Assembly (NCBI GenBank): GCA_023244855.1
Contig: JAHFLO010000003.1
Coordinates: forward strand, 1-58,198
Source of the DNA: Candidatus Harrisonbacteria bacterium
Lineage (GTDB): Bacteria; Patescibacteriota; Minisyncoccia; UBA6257; UBA11618
Length of the DNA stretch: 58,198 nt
Reading direction: 5' to 3'
Shown here: piece by piece, positions 27,329-37,802 of the stretch
How positions within the stretch are numbered: position 1 is the stretch's first letter
How the letters are laid out: every line of letters starts with the position of its first letter
Notes under the pieces: generated by a model
Databases searched by the model: none
Seen by the model: the letters and a program-made list of their open reading frames with translations, nothing else
Told to the model about the DNA's origin: nothing
Position numbers and translations under genes: made by a program

Positions 27329-28464
27329 CCATACATACCGAGCGCTTGCATGACGACCGCGTATGGGCGTGCGTCGTCGCCTTTGTTGCTTTTCTTGAAA
27401 AGCGCGGAATTGTGGCGACGTGGTTTTCAATCAATCCAACTGCCCTTCCGTACCGGCAGATGGGTTTTAACGAAGCAAGGTGGAAAGAGCGGCTCCGATA
27501 CCTTGCTTCCCATGGCCAGCGGATAGAGCAACATACGCATTTTTACGCATCAGGTAAGGGTTCTTATGACCTTTCGCCCGCGCATGTTACGCGGCGGCTC
27601 GACGAGGACCGGGCATGGCTCGCGAAAGAGGGGTATATTGTTACGCGCTTTGTAAGCGGCGGTTGGCGCATGAACGCGGATATCGGGGGCATCTTACGGA
27701 CTAAGGGGTATGTGGACGTTACGGAAGACTCGCGGACTCTTTCTCCTCGTGCCGCGGTTACCCGGATACTTTCGGGACGGGCGAGGACGCTTCCGCCGCT
27801 TTTGTATTTGCATGATTACGAATTGGCTAACCCGCTTATTGCCTTCCTCGCGCGATACGCCGCGGCATATTGGAACGCCCGTCCGTTTCCGGTCGTTATC
27901 CATCCGCACGACCATAAGCGTGCCCGCGACTGGCAGAAGATCCTGTTTTTCATCAGTTCTTTTTTTAATAGCAAGGGGGTGCACCGCGTTTTGGAGCTTG
28001 GTGCCGGTACGGGAAATGTCGCGGCTTATTTTGCGGGTAGGGGCGTATCTGTGACTGCAGAAGACGTGAACGCGGGTTATTTACAAACGGTCCGCGGGCG
28101 CGATCCGCGTATCATGACCATCGAGCACGATATTAATACTCCCTTGCCGTTTCCGGACGGGCATTTTGACGTTGTTTTTTGCATCGGGGTGCTGCACTAT
28201 GCAAGCGTGATCTCCGCCCCACGGGTTCTTACGGAAATGGCGCGCGTCTCTTCCCGTTATCTCGTTATCGACCTTTTTCCAAAGTATTCCCTTTACGGCA
28301 TCCTCGAGCGGATAGTTTTTCCTCGTTTCCGTCCGCGCCGTTTCAGTGCGGACGGTGCAGAGACCCTGTTCCGCGGGGCGGGCGTTTCCCCTGTCGCGGA
28401 ACTCCCTACGCGTGCACCGCTTAACAAGTCCGTCGTTTACATCCTCCAAAAGGACAATGCCTGA
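27319..28464 (+). CDS. Fusion: deacetylase-like (NodB/DUF2334-type) N-domain plus class I SAM methyltransferase
   Basis: HTE, EQHTH, FVSGGW and YLHDY motifs in the N-half; VLELGAGTG and LPFPDGHFD in the C-half. Confidence 0.7.
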   Translation: MEITIHTERLHDDRVWACVVAFVAFLEKRGIVATWFSINPTALPYRQMGFNEARWKERLRYLASHGQRIEQHTHFYASGKGSYDLSPAHVTRRLDEDRAWLAKEGYIVTRFVSGGWRMNADIGGILRTKGYVDVTEDSRTLSPRAAVTRILSGRARTLPPLLYLHDYELANPLIAFLARYAAAYWNARPFPVVIHPHDHKRARDWQKILFFISSFFNSKGVHRVLELGAGTGNVAAYFAGRGVSVTAEDVNAGYLQTVRGRDPRIMTIEHDINTPLPFPDGHFDVVFCIGVLHYASVISAPRVLTEMARVSSRYLVIDLFPKYSLYGILERIVFPRFRPRRFSADGAETLFRGAGVSPVAELPTRAPLNKSVVYILQKDNA

Positions 28465-29158
28465 TATTTCTCTCATTAACGCTGTTATTAAGGAAAAAGG
28501 CTCGTTTAGCGCCGCTGAAAACGAGCGTATTTGGTATAAGTTCTTTTCGCGCGTCCCCGCTACCTTTAGGCTGCCTCTTGCGAAATACCGCTTAGGCGAA
28601 AAAACGGTTCTCGACGTAGGGTGTGGTTACGGCCCGTACCTCATCCATTTCGGCGCGGGTTCGTGCGGATTCGACATCAGCGAAAGGATGGTCGGATTCG
28701 CCCGTGCGATCGGCCTCAATGCCGTAGAGGGCGATATTGAACGCGACGAGGTTCCCTTTGGGCCGTACGACGCTGTATGGTGTTCGAACCTTTTAGAGCA
28801 CGTCGTTTCGCCGCACGCCGTTCTGCGAAAATTCCATGGGGCGCTCAAAGAAGAGGGGCTTCTGTTTTTAAAGGTTCCGCTTATTCCCCATCCTTTCGTT
28901 GGCTGGCTCTACCGGCTCATCGTTGGCCGGCCCGGCTATCTCGCGGACGAGCATCTTTATGCCTATTCGAGGCGGACAATCGAGTTTATCGTTGCCCGCG
29001 CCGGCTTCCGTATTATCGAGACGGACTGCTTTTGGCCGTCTTCCATGGTTTTGCACCGTATCCTCGCTCCCGTGCTTTCGCGTTTTGGGACCACGGTGAC
29101 GGTGGTCGCCAAGCGTGATTCTTCTTTTACGTATGCCAAAAAACGCCCGGTTTCATAA
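28457..29158 (+). CDS. Class I SAM-dependent methyltransferase
   Basis: VLDVGCGYG and LLEHV motifs. Confidence 0.88.
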   Translation: MPDISLINAVIKEKGSFSAAENERIWYKFFSRVPATFRLPLAKYRLGEKTVLDVGCGYGPYLIHFGAGSCGFDISERMVGFARAIGLNAVEGDIERDEVPFGPYDAVWCSNLLEHVVSPHAVLRKFHGALKEEGLLFLKVPLIPHPFVGWLYRLIVGRPGYLADEHLYAYSRRTIEFIVARAGFRIIETDCFWPSSMVLHRILAPVLSRFGTTVTVVAKRDSSFTYAKKRPVS

Positions 29159-30305
29159 AAGCCTCCTTTTTATTACTGGTATTTTTCCGCCGGATATCGG
29201 GGGGCCGGCAACGTATTGCTTCCGGATGGCGGAAGAGGCGGTGCGGCGGGGATACCGCGTACGCGTTATCGCGTACGGGTCTAGGGGTCGGTCCCGTGCG
29301 CCGTATCCTTTTTCCGTAATCCGTATTTTACGGTATCCGTTTCCTATCCGTTTCGTTATTTTCTTTTTCTCCCTTATTTTTTACGGATTTCGGTACCGTA
29401 CGTGGTATGCCCATGGGGGGCTTTCCGCGACTTTACCCGCCCTTGTCGCTGCACGACTCCTCGGTAAGCGCGTCGGCGTGAAGGTTACGGGCGATTATGC
29501 ATGGGAACAAGCCCGCAATCGTGGATGGGTGACGGACAATATCGATACATTCCAAAATAAAAAGTATTCAGCGCTGATTCGCTTCGTGGCGTATGCGCGC
29601 GCGTACGTCTCGCGGCACGCCGACTTCGTAGTAGTCCCCTCCGCATATCTCGCGCGTATGGTACGCGGTTGGGGCGTCCCGCAGGCGCGCATCCGCACCG
29701 TTTACAACGCCGTCCGCGTTCCCGCGGCAACGGCGAGCGGTGCGCGGGCGCACACCCGCGCCGAATACGGACTTTCGGGTTTTGTGCTTATAACCGTCGC
29801 GCGTCTTGTTCCGTGGAAGGGGGCTTCAGGACTCGTGTCCCTTATGCCGGAACTCCTCGCGCGAAGTCCGGAATACCACCTGATTGTCGTAGGCGAGGGG
29901 CCTGAGCGGGAGAGTCTTTACCGCTTAGCGGAATCACTCCATGTTTCGCATGCCGTGCGGTTTTTCGGCGGTATGCCGCACGCGGAAACGGAGCGGCTTG
30001 TCGCCGCATCGGATCTCTTCGTGCTTAATTCCGATTACGAGGGTTTTTCGCATGTGCTTCTCGAGGCTATGGGGGCGGGTTGCCCGGTTGCCGCACGGGC
30101 TTGCGGCGGCAATAAGGAGCTTATTGTAGATGGGGAAAACGGTTATCTGCTTTCTACAATGCCGGAGGACGGCGAATGGATACGTAGTATTGAGCGTGCT
30201 CGTACGAATCCCGCGGAGCGCGCCCTGCTTGCCGCAAACGCTCGCAAGTCGTTTTCCCGTTTCACGTTCAACCGCATGGCGGAAGAGACATTCGCTTTCT
30301 TATGA
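29133..30305 (+). CDS. GT4 glycosyltransferase
   Basis: FPPDIGGPATY, ARLVPWKG and YEGFSHVLLEAM motifs. Confidence 0.93.
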   Translation: MPKNARFHKSLLFITGIFPPDIGGPATYCFRMAEEAVRRGYRVRVIAYGSRGRSRAPYPFSVIRILRYPFPIRFVIFFFSLIFYGFRYRTWYAHGGLSATLPALVAARLLGKRVGVKVTGDYAWEQARNRGWVTDNIDTFQNKKYSALIRFVAYARAYVSRHADFVVVPSAYLARMVRGWGVPQARIRTVYNAVRVPAATASGARAHTRAEYGLSGFVLITVARLVPWKGASGLVSLMPELLARSPEYHLIVVGEGPERESLYRLAESLHVSHAVRFFGGMPHAETERLVAASDLFVLNSDYEGFSHVLLEAMGAGCPVAARACGGNKELIVDGENGYLLSTMPEDGEWIRSIERARTNPAERALLAANARKSFSRFTFNRMAEETFAFL

Positions 30306-31621
30306 TAGTAAAAAAGCCGTGGGTCCAACTGTCCGTTATTCTTGCTTTGGCTTTTTTCGTACGCGCCGCGGTATTCCATTTTTTGGGCTTTGAAATTTTA
30401 AAATACAGGGAAATGGGCTTTGACCTACCAGCAGAGCATTGGCTTGCAGGTGAAGGGATGGGCGTTGCCTCATATTGCCCGACGTCCTATCGCGCGCCCG
30501 GATTCATACTGTACTTGATAGGTGTATACGGGCTCTTTGGCCGGTCGGCGCTTTCTTTAGGTCTTGGTCAGATTTTTTGGAGCTTGCTTGTTGTCGTCCT
30601 TGCGTACGTCCTCGGTAGGCGCATATTTTCCCCTGTTGTAGGTACTGTGGCTGCCTGCATATGCGCCGTCTATCCTTACGCGGTTTACCATGACATAACG
30701 GGATTTTATTTTACGGCCATCTTCTCCTGTATCATGCTCGGCCTTATCATTTCCATAATCGAATCGGTTCGCCGCGAAAGCATCGTATGGGCGACGTTTT
30801 CAGGATTGCTTTTGGGCATCGGGCTTCTTTTCAGGGGAACGATCCTCATTGCCGCGCCGTTTCTTGCGTTATGGATCGTGTGGCAAGGGAAAAAGAATCG
30901 GCGTAAAGCGGTTATGCAGGCCGTATGTATGGCTTGCGCGGCTACTCTCGTCCTCGTGCCCTGGTGGGTGCGGAATTATGAAGTGCATGGGCGGTTCGTT
31001 TTTCTTACCACCGACGGTGGCAGGGCGCTATGGAAAAGCATGAATTCCCAGTCGTTGCCCATGCTCCTTATAGACGGTCATATCGACGATACGCCCGATC
31101 CGTACGACATGCCGTCCGTATCCCCCATGGCGTACAAGGATGCCGTGGGATGCGGCTTCATGGCCATGTCTGAGCCCGACCAGGACGCATGGTATTACCA
31201 TAAGGCGTTTGTCTTTGTGGTAAGTAAGCCGTACGATACGACCCGTCTCGCATGGCATAAGTTCCTCGGTTATTGGTCGGTATTCTATTTCCCGCCGCTC
31301 GAGACCGGCGGATGGTCCTTCCGTTACCCCGCTTCGTTTTTCAGCCTCAGTTACGCAGCATATACGCTCACGTACGGCCCCGTGCTCATTTTCGCGGTCA
31401 TTGGCTTGTTTCTGGCCCGCAGGCGTTATGGCCCGGAGATTGTACTCCTTCTCGCGCTTGTGCTCGGCGTAAGTGCTCCACATCTTTTTTTCGCGGGTTA
31501 CACTAAATACCGCGCCCCACTCGACCCCTTCCTTATCGTCATGGCGTCCTATGCGCTCACGTCGCTGTATACCCGTTTTTTTCCGAAGCGCATGCGAAGT
31601 GGCAGAAGTATGCCTTCGTAG
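30302..31621 (+). CDS. GT-C (ArnT/PMT-like) glycosyltransferase
   Basis: YRAPG, AVYP, PWWVRNY and KYRAPLDP motifs; polytopic. Confidence 0.8.
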   Translation: MIVKKPWVQLSVILALAFFVRAAVFHFLGFEILKYREMGFDLPAEHWLAGEGMGVASYCPTSYRAPGFILYLIGVYGLFGRSALSLGLGQIFWSLLVVVLAYVLGRRIFSPVVGTVAACICAVYPYAVYHDITGFYFTAIFSCIMLGLIISIIESVRRESIVWATFSGLLLGIGLLFRGTILIAAPFLALWIVWQGKKNRRKAVMQAVCMACAATLVLVPWWVRNYEVHGRFVFLTTDGGRALWKSMNSQSLPMLLIDGHIDDTPDPYDMPSVSPMAYKDAVGCGFMAMSEPDQDAWYYHKAFVFVVSKPYDTTRLAWHKFLGYWSVFYFPPLETGGWSFRYPASFFSLSYAAYTLTYGPVLIFAVIGLFLARRRYGPEIVLLLALVLGVSAPHLFFAGYTKYRAPLDPFLIVMASYALTSLYTRFFPKRMRSGRSMPS

Positions 31622-32280
31622 ACGATCCGCGCGCTGATTTTTGATTCACCCGCCTTCCTGTCTTCGAAAACGATAGGTACTTCTTTCCATGAGGGCTTTC
31701 GGCGCATGAGCGCCCATTTGAGTTCCATAAGGAACGCGAACCCCGAGGCGCCGCACAGCTGCCAGTCCGTTTTTCGTAGTAGGTCTGCGCTTATAGCATT
31801 AAATCCCGACGTGCAGTCGTGAAAGGGCATGCCGGTTACGAAGCGGGCATACTGGTTGCCGAAGCGGGAGAGTAGTCTGCGCCCAAGTCCCCATCCGTGC
31901 GTGCCGCCACCCCGCACGTAGCGCGACCCTATGGCCATATCGCACGAAGCGCGCGCTGCAATAAGATCCGGCAAATAGCGGGGATGATGCGAGAAATCAG
32001 CGTCCATGGTTATAACGGTGTCTATGTCCTTTTCCGCAAGTGCCCGGGCGAAGCCTGCGCGGTACGCGCCGCCCAGGCCGTTTTTTTTAGCCTGTTCTAT
32101 AAGGATGATGCCGGCATCGTTTCGTTGCATGGCCTTCACCGCATCCGCCGTGCCGTCCGGCGAATTACCGTCGACCACACACACCGTCGCCTCGGGGACG
32201 ATTTTCCGTATGAGCGCGACGAGACGGGTTATATTTTCCCGTTCGTTATAGGTAGGGATTATGAGTAGCGTTTTTTTCAT
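31549..32280 (-). CDS. Polyprenol monophosphomannose synthase-like GT2
   Basis: IIPTYNEREN, SPDGT, MDADFSH, GSRYVRGG, DCTSGF and DRKAGESK motifs. Confidence 0.92.
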   Translation of the reverse strand: MKKTLLIIPTYNERENITRLVALIRKIVPEATVCVVDGNSPDGTADAVKAMQRNDAGIILIEQAKKNGLGGAYRAGFARALAEKDIDTVITMDADFSHHPRYLPDLIAARASCDMAIGSRYVRGGGTHGWGLGRRLLSRFGNQYARFVTGMPFHDCTSGFNAISADLLRKTDWQLCGASGFAFLMELKWALMRRKPSWKEVPIVFEDRKAGESKISARIVYEGILLPLRMRFGKKRVYSDVSA

Positions 32281-32327
32281 TAATGGGAATATGATACCCT
32301 CATGCGGTAGTTTCCGCATTACCTGCT

Positions 32328-33479
32328 ATGAAAGTACTGATGATTTCGCTTGATCGTACCTGTCTGCGCGAAGGGTCCTCCCAGCGGGAAAAACTGCTCC
32401 GTTACGGGGCGCTTTTTGACGAATTACATGTTGTAATTTTTTATTCTGGCACGCGCCTTCCAGACCGTTTGGAGTGTGCGCCGAACGTGTTCGTCTATCC
32501 CACCAATCATTTTTTCCGTTTTAATCCGTTTTATTTTTATCGCGCTTTTCGTATCGCTTCGCGCGTAATACGGAGGCGGCAATTCACGCCTTCCCGCGAT
32601 GTGGTTACGGCGCAGGATTCGTTTCCCACCGGCGTCGTTGCGTACGCGTTGAAAATCGCTTTCGGCATCTCCTTTCAATTGCAGATTCATATAGATTTTT
32701 TCAACCCGTATTTCGTGCGCGAATCCCTATGGCATCGGTTGCAGGCGGCATGCGCGCGCTTTCTCGCGCCGCGGGCTGACGGCGTCCGCGTCGTTTCGAA
32801 CGGAATCGCGCGGTACGTTCGGGAAGAGCTCGCGGTCGATCCGCGCAAAATCTCCATAGTACCCGTTACGCCCGATATGCGGGCTATTGCCGACGCAGAG
32901 CCGCGTTTCGACTTGCGTGCCCGCTATCCGCAGTTTCCGTTCATCGCGCTCATGGCATGCCGCCTTGTAAAGCAGAAGGGTGCGGGAAGGGCGCTTGACG
33001 CAATGCGGATTCTTGCGCGTACGCATCCGGAGGCTGGCCTCATTATCGTCGGTTCAGGACCAGAAGAATGGCGTCTCAAAAGAACGGTTGTGGACATGGG
33101 ATTGAAAAACGTTATTTTCGTACCGTGGGCGGAAGACGTCGTTTCATATTACAAAGGCGCCGATGTTTTTCTTTTACCTTCCTTGTATGAAGGATGGGGA
33201 CTTACGGTCGTGGAAGCTATGGCTGCTGGACTGCCGGTTATAGCGACTCCCGTTGGTTGCGTTCCCGATCTTATCGATTCGGGAAAAAACGGTTTTATCC
33301 TTCCTACGGGGTCTCCTCTAGAAATCGCGGATGCTATAGGCATGCTTTGCGCGGATTCCGGTTTAGCGAAGAAAATAGGGCGTGCTGCGGAGGCTTCGGT
33401 ATTCGCCCGCATGCCCTACACAGCCGGCGCATATGAGCTTGCTTATAAAAATGCTTTATCTTATGCAATTTCCGGTTAA
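32328..33479 (+). CDS. GT4 glycosyltransferase
   Basis: RLVKQKG and YEGWGLTVVEAMA motifs. Confidence 0.92.
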   Translation: MKVLMISLDRTCLREGSSQREKLLRYGALFDELHVVIFYSGTRLPDRLECAPNVFVYPTNHFFRFNPFYFYRAFRIASRVIRRRQFTPSRDVVTAQDSFPTGVVAYALKIAFGISFQLQIHIDFFNPYFVRESLWHRLQAACARFLAPRADGVRVVSNGIARYVREELAVDPRKISIVPVTPDMRAIADAEPRFDLRARYPQFPFIALMACRLVKQKGAGRALDAMRILARTHPEAGLIIVGSGPEEWRLKRTVVDMGLKNVIFVPWAEDVVSYYKGADVFLLPSLYEGWGLTVVEAMAAGLPVIATPVGCVPDLIDSGKNGFILPTGSPLEIADAIGMLCADSGLAKKIGRAAEASVFARMPYTAGAYELAYKNALSYAISG

Positions 33480-34533
33480 AAAGAAGATTCTTATGTTTAA
33501 TTTAGCCGTTGACGAGAACGATCCCATTCTCGGTTTCGCGGTTCCCTTGATCGTGCGCATGGCGCGGGAAGCGGAGGAGGTGCATATAATTACCGTACGG
33601 ACTGGATCCTTCACCCTGCCTTCAAATGTTTTTGTTCGTTCCGTGCGCGGGAATCGCGGAATGGGAAAAATAGGCGCCGTTATTTCGTTTTACGGCCATT
33701 TGTTCGGGGTTTTGCGCGCGGTCCGTATCGATGTCTGTTTTTCCCATATGAATCCCTTATTCGTCGTTCTCGCCGCGCCCGTTCTCGCCGCGCGACGTAT
33801 CCGTATCGTTTTATGGTATGCGCACCATTATCGGGGACTTACGGCACGTATCGCCCATATCTTCGCATGGCGTATCGTGACGAGCGGCCGGCATTCTTAT
33901 TCTTCCTCCGGTCGGAAGGTTGTCGTTACGGGGCAGATGGTCGATACCGATTTTTTTACGCCGACGGTCACGAGCCATGTGCCGATTCCGGGGGTGTTCG
34001 TTTCGGCGGGAAGAATCGCTCCCATAAAAGACCTACTGACTTTCGTTCGTGCGGCGGGCATTATGCGTGACAAGGGGCTCCGTTTCCGCTGCGTTTGCAT
34101 CGGCCCCGTACTTTCCCATGATGCGGGTTATTACGCGTCATTGCGGGAAGAAATCAAAACCCTTTCCCTTGGGGATATTTTTTCTTTTGCGGGGCCTGTT
34201 GCTTATCGGGAGATGCCGAAACAGTACGGCGTTGCGACGGCGCATGTGAATTTGTGCGCTACGGGCGCTCTCGATAAGGCTGCTCTCGAGGCGATGGCAT
34301 GTGGTACTCCTTCCGTTTTTGCCAATCAGGCATTCGTTCCCCTTGTAGGTCCGGCCGCTTCCGCCCTTTCTTTTCCTTTCGGCGATGCGCGCCGGCTTGC
34401 GGAGGTGCTCGCCGGATTCCTCGTTGCCCCCACTACTCTTTCCGGCGCCGATCTCATGAGGCTTCGCGAAAAGGTTGTACGCGAGCACAGCCTCCGTTCT
34501 TTTGTCGGTCGGTTGGTTACGCTTTTATCATGA
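33463..34533 (+). CDS. GT4 glycosyltransferase
   Basis: VDENDPILGF, GRIAPIK and GALDKAALEAMACG motifs. Confidence 0.88.
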   Translation: MQFPVKKKILMFNLAVDENDPILGFAVPLIVRMAREAEEVHIITVRTGSFTLPSNVFVRSVRGNRGMGKIGAVISFYGHLFGVLRAVRIDVCFSHMNPLFVVLAAPVLAARRIRIVLWYAHHYRGLTARIAHIFAWRIVTSGRHSYSSSGRKVVVTGQMVDTDFFTPTVTSHVPIPGVFVSAGRIAPIKDLLTFVRAAGIMRDKGLRFRCVCIGPVLSHDAGYYASLREEIKTLSLGDIFSFAGPVAYREMPKQYGVATAHVNLCATGALDKAALEAMACGTPSVFANQAFVPLVGPAASALSFPFGDARRLAEVLAGFLVAPTTLSGADLMRLREKVVREHSLRSFVGRLVTLLS

Positions 34534-35189
34534 GAACACTGTACCGGGAATTACTTCGAGGGAAGGGCATATGGCGTAGTTCTTTATACGACGCTCTTGT
34601 TCCGTATGCGGCAGTTATCCGTGAGCCTATTCTCGATATCGCGTCCGGCAAGGATCCGGGCTATTGGCGGATCTTGGGCATTAATGGCAATAAGGGGATA
34701 CGGGTGAGTACGGTCGATGCGGATCAGGGCGCTTGCCCTTCGATCCTGCATGACATGGATACGGGTCCCCTGCCTTGCGCGGATGGAAGTTTCGCTACGG
34801 TATTCATGATAAATTGCATATATTCCTTTTCTGATTATCGTGCGGCTTTGCGCGAAATTCACCGCATTCTTTCCGTTGACGGCGTGGCATTCATAAGCTT
34901 TCCTTTTATTTTTCCCCATACGCCCGAGCCGCGGGATTTTTTCCGTTTTAGTGATGAGGGGGTGCGCATGGCATGCGCCGATGCGGAATTAAGCGTCGTT
35001 TCCTGCCGGCCGCTCGGGGGCAGGTGGTCATCCGCCGCATACCTTATCAGTCCATTCCTCCGTCCTTATTTTATTTTCGCGTTGCCGGTGTGTATTATAG
35101 CCCTCTTTTTTGACCGCCTTTCGCAGCTTGTCTTCCCTGCCTTGCCGCGGGCACCTATGGGTTATTTGGCGGTCGTTAAACGGATATGA
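34530..35189 (+). CDS. Class I SAM-dependent methyltransferase
   Basis: ILDIASG and PFIFPHTPEPRDFFRF motifs. Confidence 0.8.
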   Translation: MRTLYRELLRGKGIWRSSLYDALVPYAAVIREPILDIASGKDPGYWRILGINGNKGIRVSTVDADQGACPSILHDMDTGPLPCADGSFATVFMINCIYSFSDYRAALREIHRILSVDGVAFISFPFIFPHTPEPRDFFRFSDEGVRMACADAELSVVSCRPLGGRWSSAAYLISPFLRPYFIFALPVCIIALFFDRLSQLVFPALPRAPMGYLAVVKRI

Positions 35190-35959
35190 TTCTTTTTTTC
35201 TTGCGCGAACTACTCTATGCCATTCTCCTGATTTTTTCTTCGCGCCGACCCGACGGTGCCGCGCGCATACTCATGTACCATTCGGTCGGCGGATCCGGAC
35301 CAAAAGCGGTGTCGGTAAAGCAATTCCGTTTGCAGATGGCGTATCTTAAGAAGTATTTTCGCATAACCCCCCTTTTATCCTTATTCGATGCCGGTCAGGA
35401 TACTACGTTGGCATCCCGTGTTTGCATTACCTTCGATGACGGGTTTGCCGATACGTACGTCCATGCCGCCCCCATACTCGACGAATTAGGTATTCCCGCT
35501 ACGTTTTTTATTACCGCGGGGTATGTGGGAAGGGATCATCCCGTATTTTACGGGACAGAGCCGTGCATGTCCGCAGGGCAGCTTACCGATCTTGTCCGGC
35601 GAGGTCATGAACTGGGAGGACATACCGTGACGCATCCGAAGCTCGCCGGATTACCTGAGGAATCGGTCCGCGCGGAGCTTTCTGGTTCGAAGGCGTTCCT
35701 TAAGATATTTATCCAGTCTGAAGCGCCCGCTTTCGCTTATCCCAAAGGCAGTTATAATAGCATGGTGAAAAAGCTGGTATGCGAGGCCGGATTCGCTTGC
35801 GCGGTTACTGTCCGCGAGGGATCATGCCGCTTTACGGACGACCGCTTCGCGTTGCCGCGCATAGCGGTCGATGCGGGAACGGGCCCCATGCAATTCCGCG
35901 GAAAGCTTTCTTCGGCCCTGTATTCGTACGAGCGCATCAAAAAAATCCTATGCCGGTAA
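35186..35959 (+). CDS. Polysaccharide deacetylase (CE4)
   Basis: LMYHSV, ITFDDG, GGHTVTHP and FAYPKG motifs. Confidence 0.92.
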   Translation: MILFFLRELLYAILLIFSSRRPDGAARILMYHSVGGSGPKAVSVKQFRLQMAYLKKYFRITPLLSLFDAGQDTTLASRVCITFDDGFADTYVHAAPILDELGIPATFFITAGYVGRDHPVFYGTEPCMSAGQLTDLVRRGHELGGHTVTHPKLAGLPEESVRAELSGSKAFLKIFIQSEAPAFAYPKGSYNSMVKKLVCEAGFACAVTVREGSCRFTDDRFALPRIAVDAGTGPMQFRGKLSSALYSYERIKKILCR

Positions 35960-36615
35960 AAAATGGCTGCGTAGAATTCGAAAACGGACGCTGGTCGCGC
36001 GGCAACCAAGACCCCGTCATGCGCCATCTCCTTGCCTTACCGTTCGTTCTTCGGGGGCCGGTTCTCGATGTTGGCGGAGGAGACGGCCTCTTTATGTCGC
36101 TTGCGCGGGATCGGTATGGGTTCGACGTGCGGGTTTTGGATATTTCTCCGGTTGCGGTGGGGATGGCGCGGCAGCGTGGCATAACGGCGGATACTTTCGA
36201 TATAACGAACGCATTACCTTTTAATGACGGAAGCTTCGGATCGGTTGTCGCCCTCGACGTTCTTGAACACGTATATGACCCCCTTTCGCTGCTCCGCGAA
36301 ATGGGGCGTGTGGGCAGCTCCGTCGTCGTCGCTGTCCCTAATTTCCATTTCATAGTCGGCCGCATCAGTATGGTTTTCGGCCGCATACCGTTCCAGTCGA
36401 AGCCGCGGCGGGGGCATGTTTATTGGTTCAATTATTACGTGCTATCGCGTATGGTGCGCGATGCGGGCATGCGTATCGAGCGGATTACCTACGGGCCGAT
36501 TGCGCGCTTGGGCGTTTTCGGCCGGATACTCGCCCGCCTCCTTCCCAATCTTTTTGCGGACAGTTTCGTCGTTCTGCTTGTCCGACATGACGAAAAACCG
36601 GTGTCTTTGAAATGA
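35950..36615 (+). CDS. Class I SAM-dependent methyltransferase
   Basis: VLDVGGGDG, LPFNDGSF, VLEHV and VPN motifs. Confidence 0.88.
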   Translation: MPVKNGCVEFENGRWSRGNQDPVMRHLLALPFVLRGPVLDVGGGDGLFMSLARDRYGFDVRVLDISPVAVGMARQRGITADTFDITNALPFNDGSFGSVVALDVLEHVYDPLSLLREMGRVGSSVVVAVPNFHFIVGRISMVFGRIPFQSKPRRGHVYWFNYYVLSRMVRDAGMRIERITYGPIARLGVFGRILARLLPNLFADSFVVLLVRHDEKPVSLK

Positions 36616-37802
36616 AATCAGGATCTCCGCATATCATATATATCGGCAACATCCGCTTGCCCACGGAAAAGGCGCACGGATACCAGATTATGAAAATGTG
36701 CGAAGCCCTTTCTTCGTGCGGCGCGGACGTCGAGCTTTGGCATCCGGCGCGCTTACAGGCGAATAAGGGGCTCCGCGGTACGGACGCGTTTGCGCAGTAC
36801 GGCGTGCGGCGTTCGTTTGCCCTCAGGAAAATTAGGAATATCGACATCGTCGTCCTGAACCGTTTCATTCCAGACGTTTTTTTCATGCCGTTTTTTCTCA
36901 TACACGCGCTCGTATGGGGATGGTACGTCGCGGGACGCGCGCGTAAGGCCGCCGCCGACGCCTATTATGCCCGCGACGACGAGGTCGCGTATTGGCTTCT
37001 TAGGCGCGGCATGCCGACCGTCTACGAAGCGCATGGCATTCCCCGCGGATGGAAGTATTGGATGTTGCGAAGTATTGCCCGTAGCCCGCAATTAGCGCTC
37101 GTTGTTGCAGTTACGGGTTTTTTGAAAGATGATCTCGTCCGTATAGGATTTCCGGCTGAAAAAATAATCGTATTACCCGATGCTGTGGATACGCAGGATT
37201 TTCCCGTGAATACGGACAAGCTTTCTTTGCGTAGGGAATTGGGCTTGCCAGCGGATAAAAAAATAGCAACGTATATGGGTAATTTCATGACCAAGGGTAT
37301 GACGAAGGGCGTCGAGACGGTCGTGGGAGCGGTTTCGCTTCTTGACGCTTCATGTGTGGTGGTGCTCGTCGGCGGTCAGCCGGACGAGCTTGCGGCCTAC
37401 GGCGAGCATGTCGAACGGAGCGGTCTACGGGAAAGGATTATTCTCGTTCCTTTTAAGCCGCATCGGGAGGCGATGCGGTATCTTACGGCATCGGACGCGC
37501 TTCTTATGCCATTTCCTTTGCATAACAGGCATTATCGGCTATATATGTCTCCGCTTAAGATGTTCGAGTATATGGCTTCTGGCGTGCCGATAGTCGCCTC
37601 GGACCTCCCGTCAATCCGAGAAGTGTTGTCGGCCGAAACAGCTGTCTTCGCCGCGCCGAGCGATGCGGTTTCCCTTGCCGCGGCTATTCGCCGGCTATTC
37701 GCTGAGCCCGAGGCGGCTCTGCGTCGTGCCCAGGCTGCACGCAAGACTGTCTTGCGTTATTCATGGCGAGCACGCGCCGCAACCGTGCTTGGTAGGTTAT
37801 GA
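36612..37802 (+). CDS. GT4 glycosyltransferase
   Basis: RLPTEKAHGYQIMKMCEA and SPLKMFEYMASG motifs. Confidence 0.92.
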   Translation: MKSGSPHIIYIGNIRLPTEKAHGYQIMKMCEALSSCGADVELWHPARLQANKGLRGTDAFAQYGVRRSFALRKIRNIDIVVLNRFIPDVFFMPFFLIHALVWGWYVAGRARKAAADAYYARDDEVAYWLLRRGMPTVYEAHGIPRGWKYWMLRSIARSPQLALVVAVTGFLKDDLVRIGFPAEKIIVLPDAVDTQDFPVNTDKLSLRRELGLPADKKIATYMGNFMTKGMTKGVETVVGAVSLLDASCVVVLVGGQPDELAAYGEHVERSGLRERIILVPFKPHREAMRYLTASDALLMPFPLHNRHYRLYMSPLKMFEYMASGVPIVASDLPSIREVLSAETAVFAAPSDAVSLAAAIRRLFAEPEAALRRAQAARKTVLRYSWRARAATVLGRL

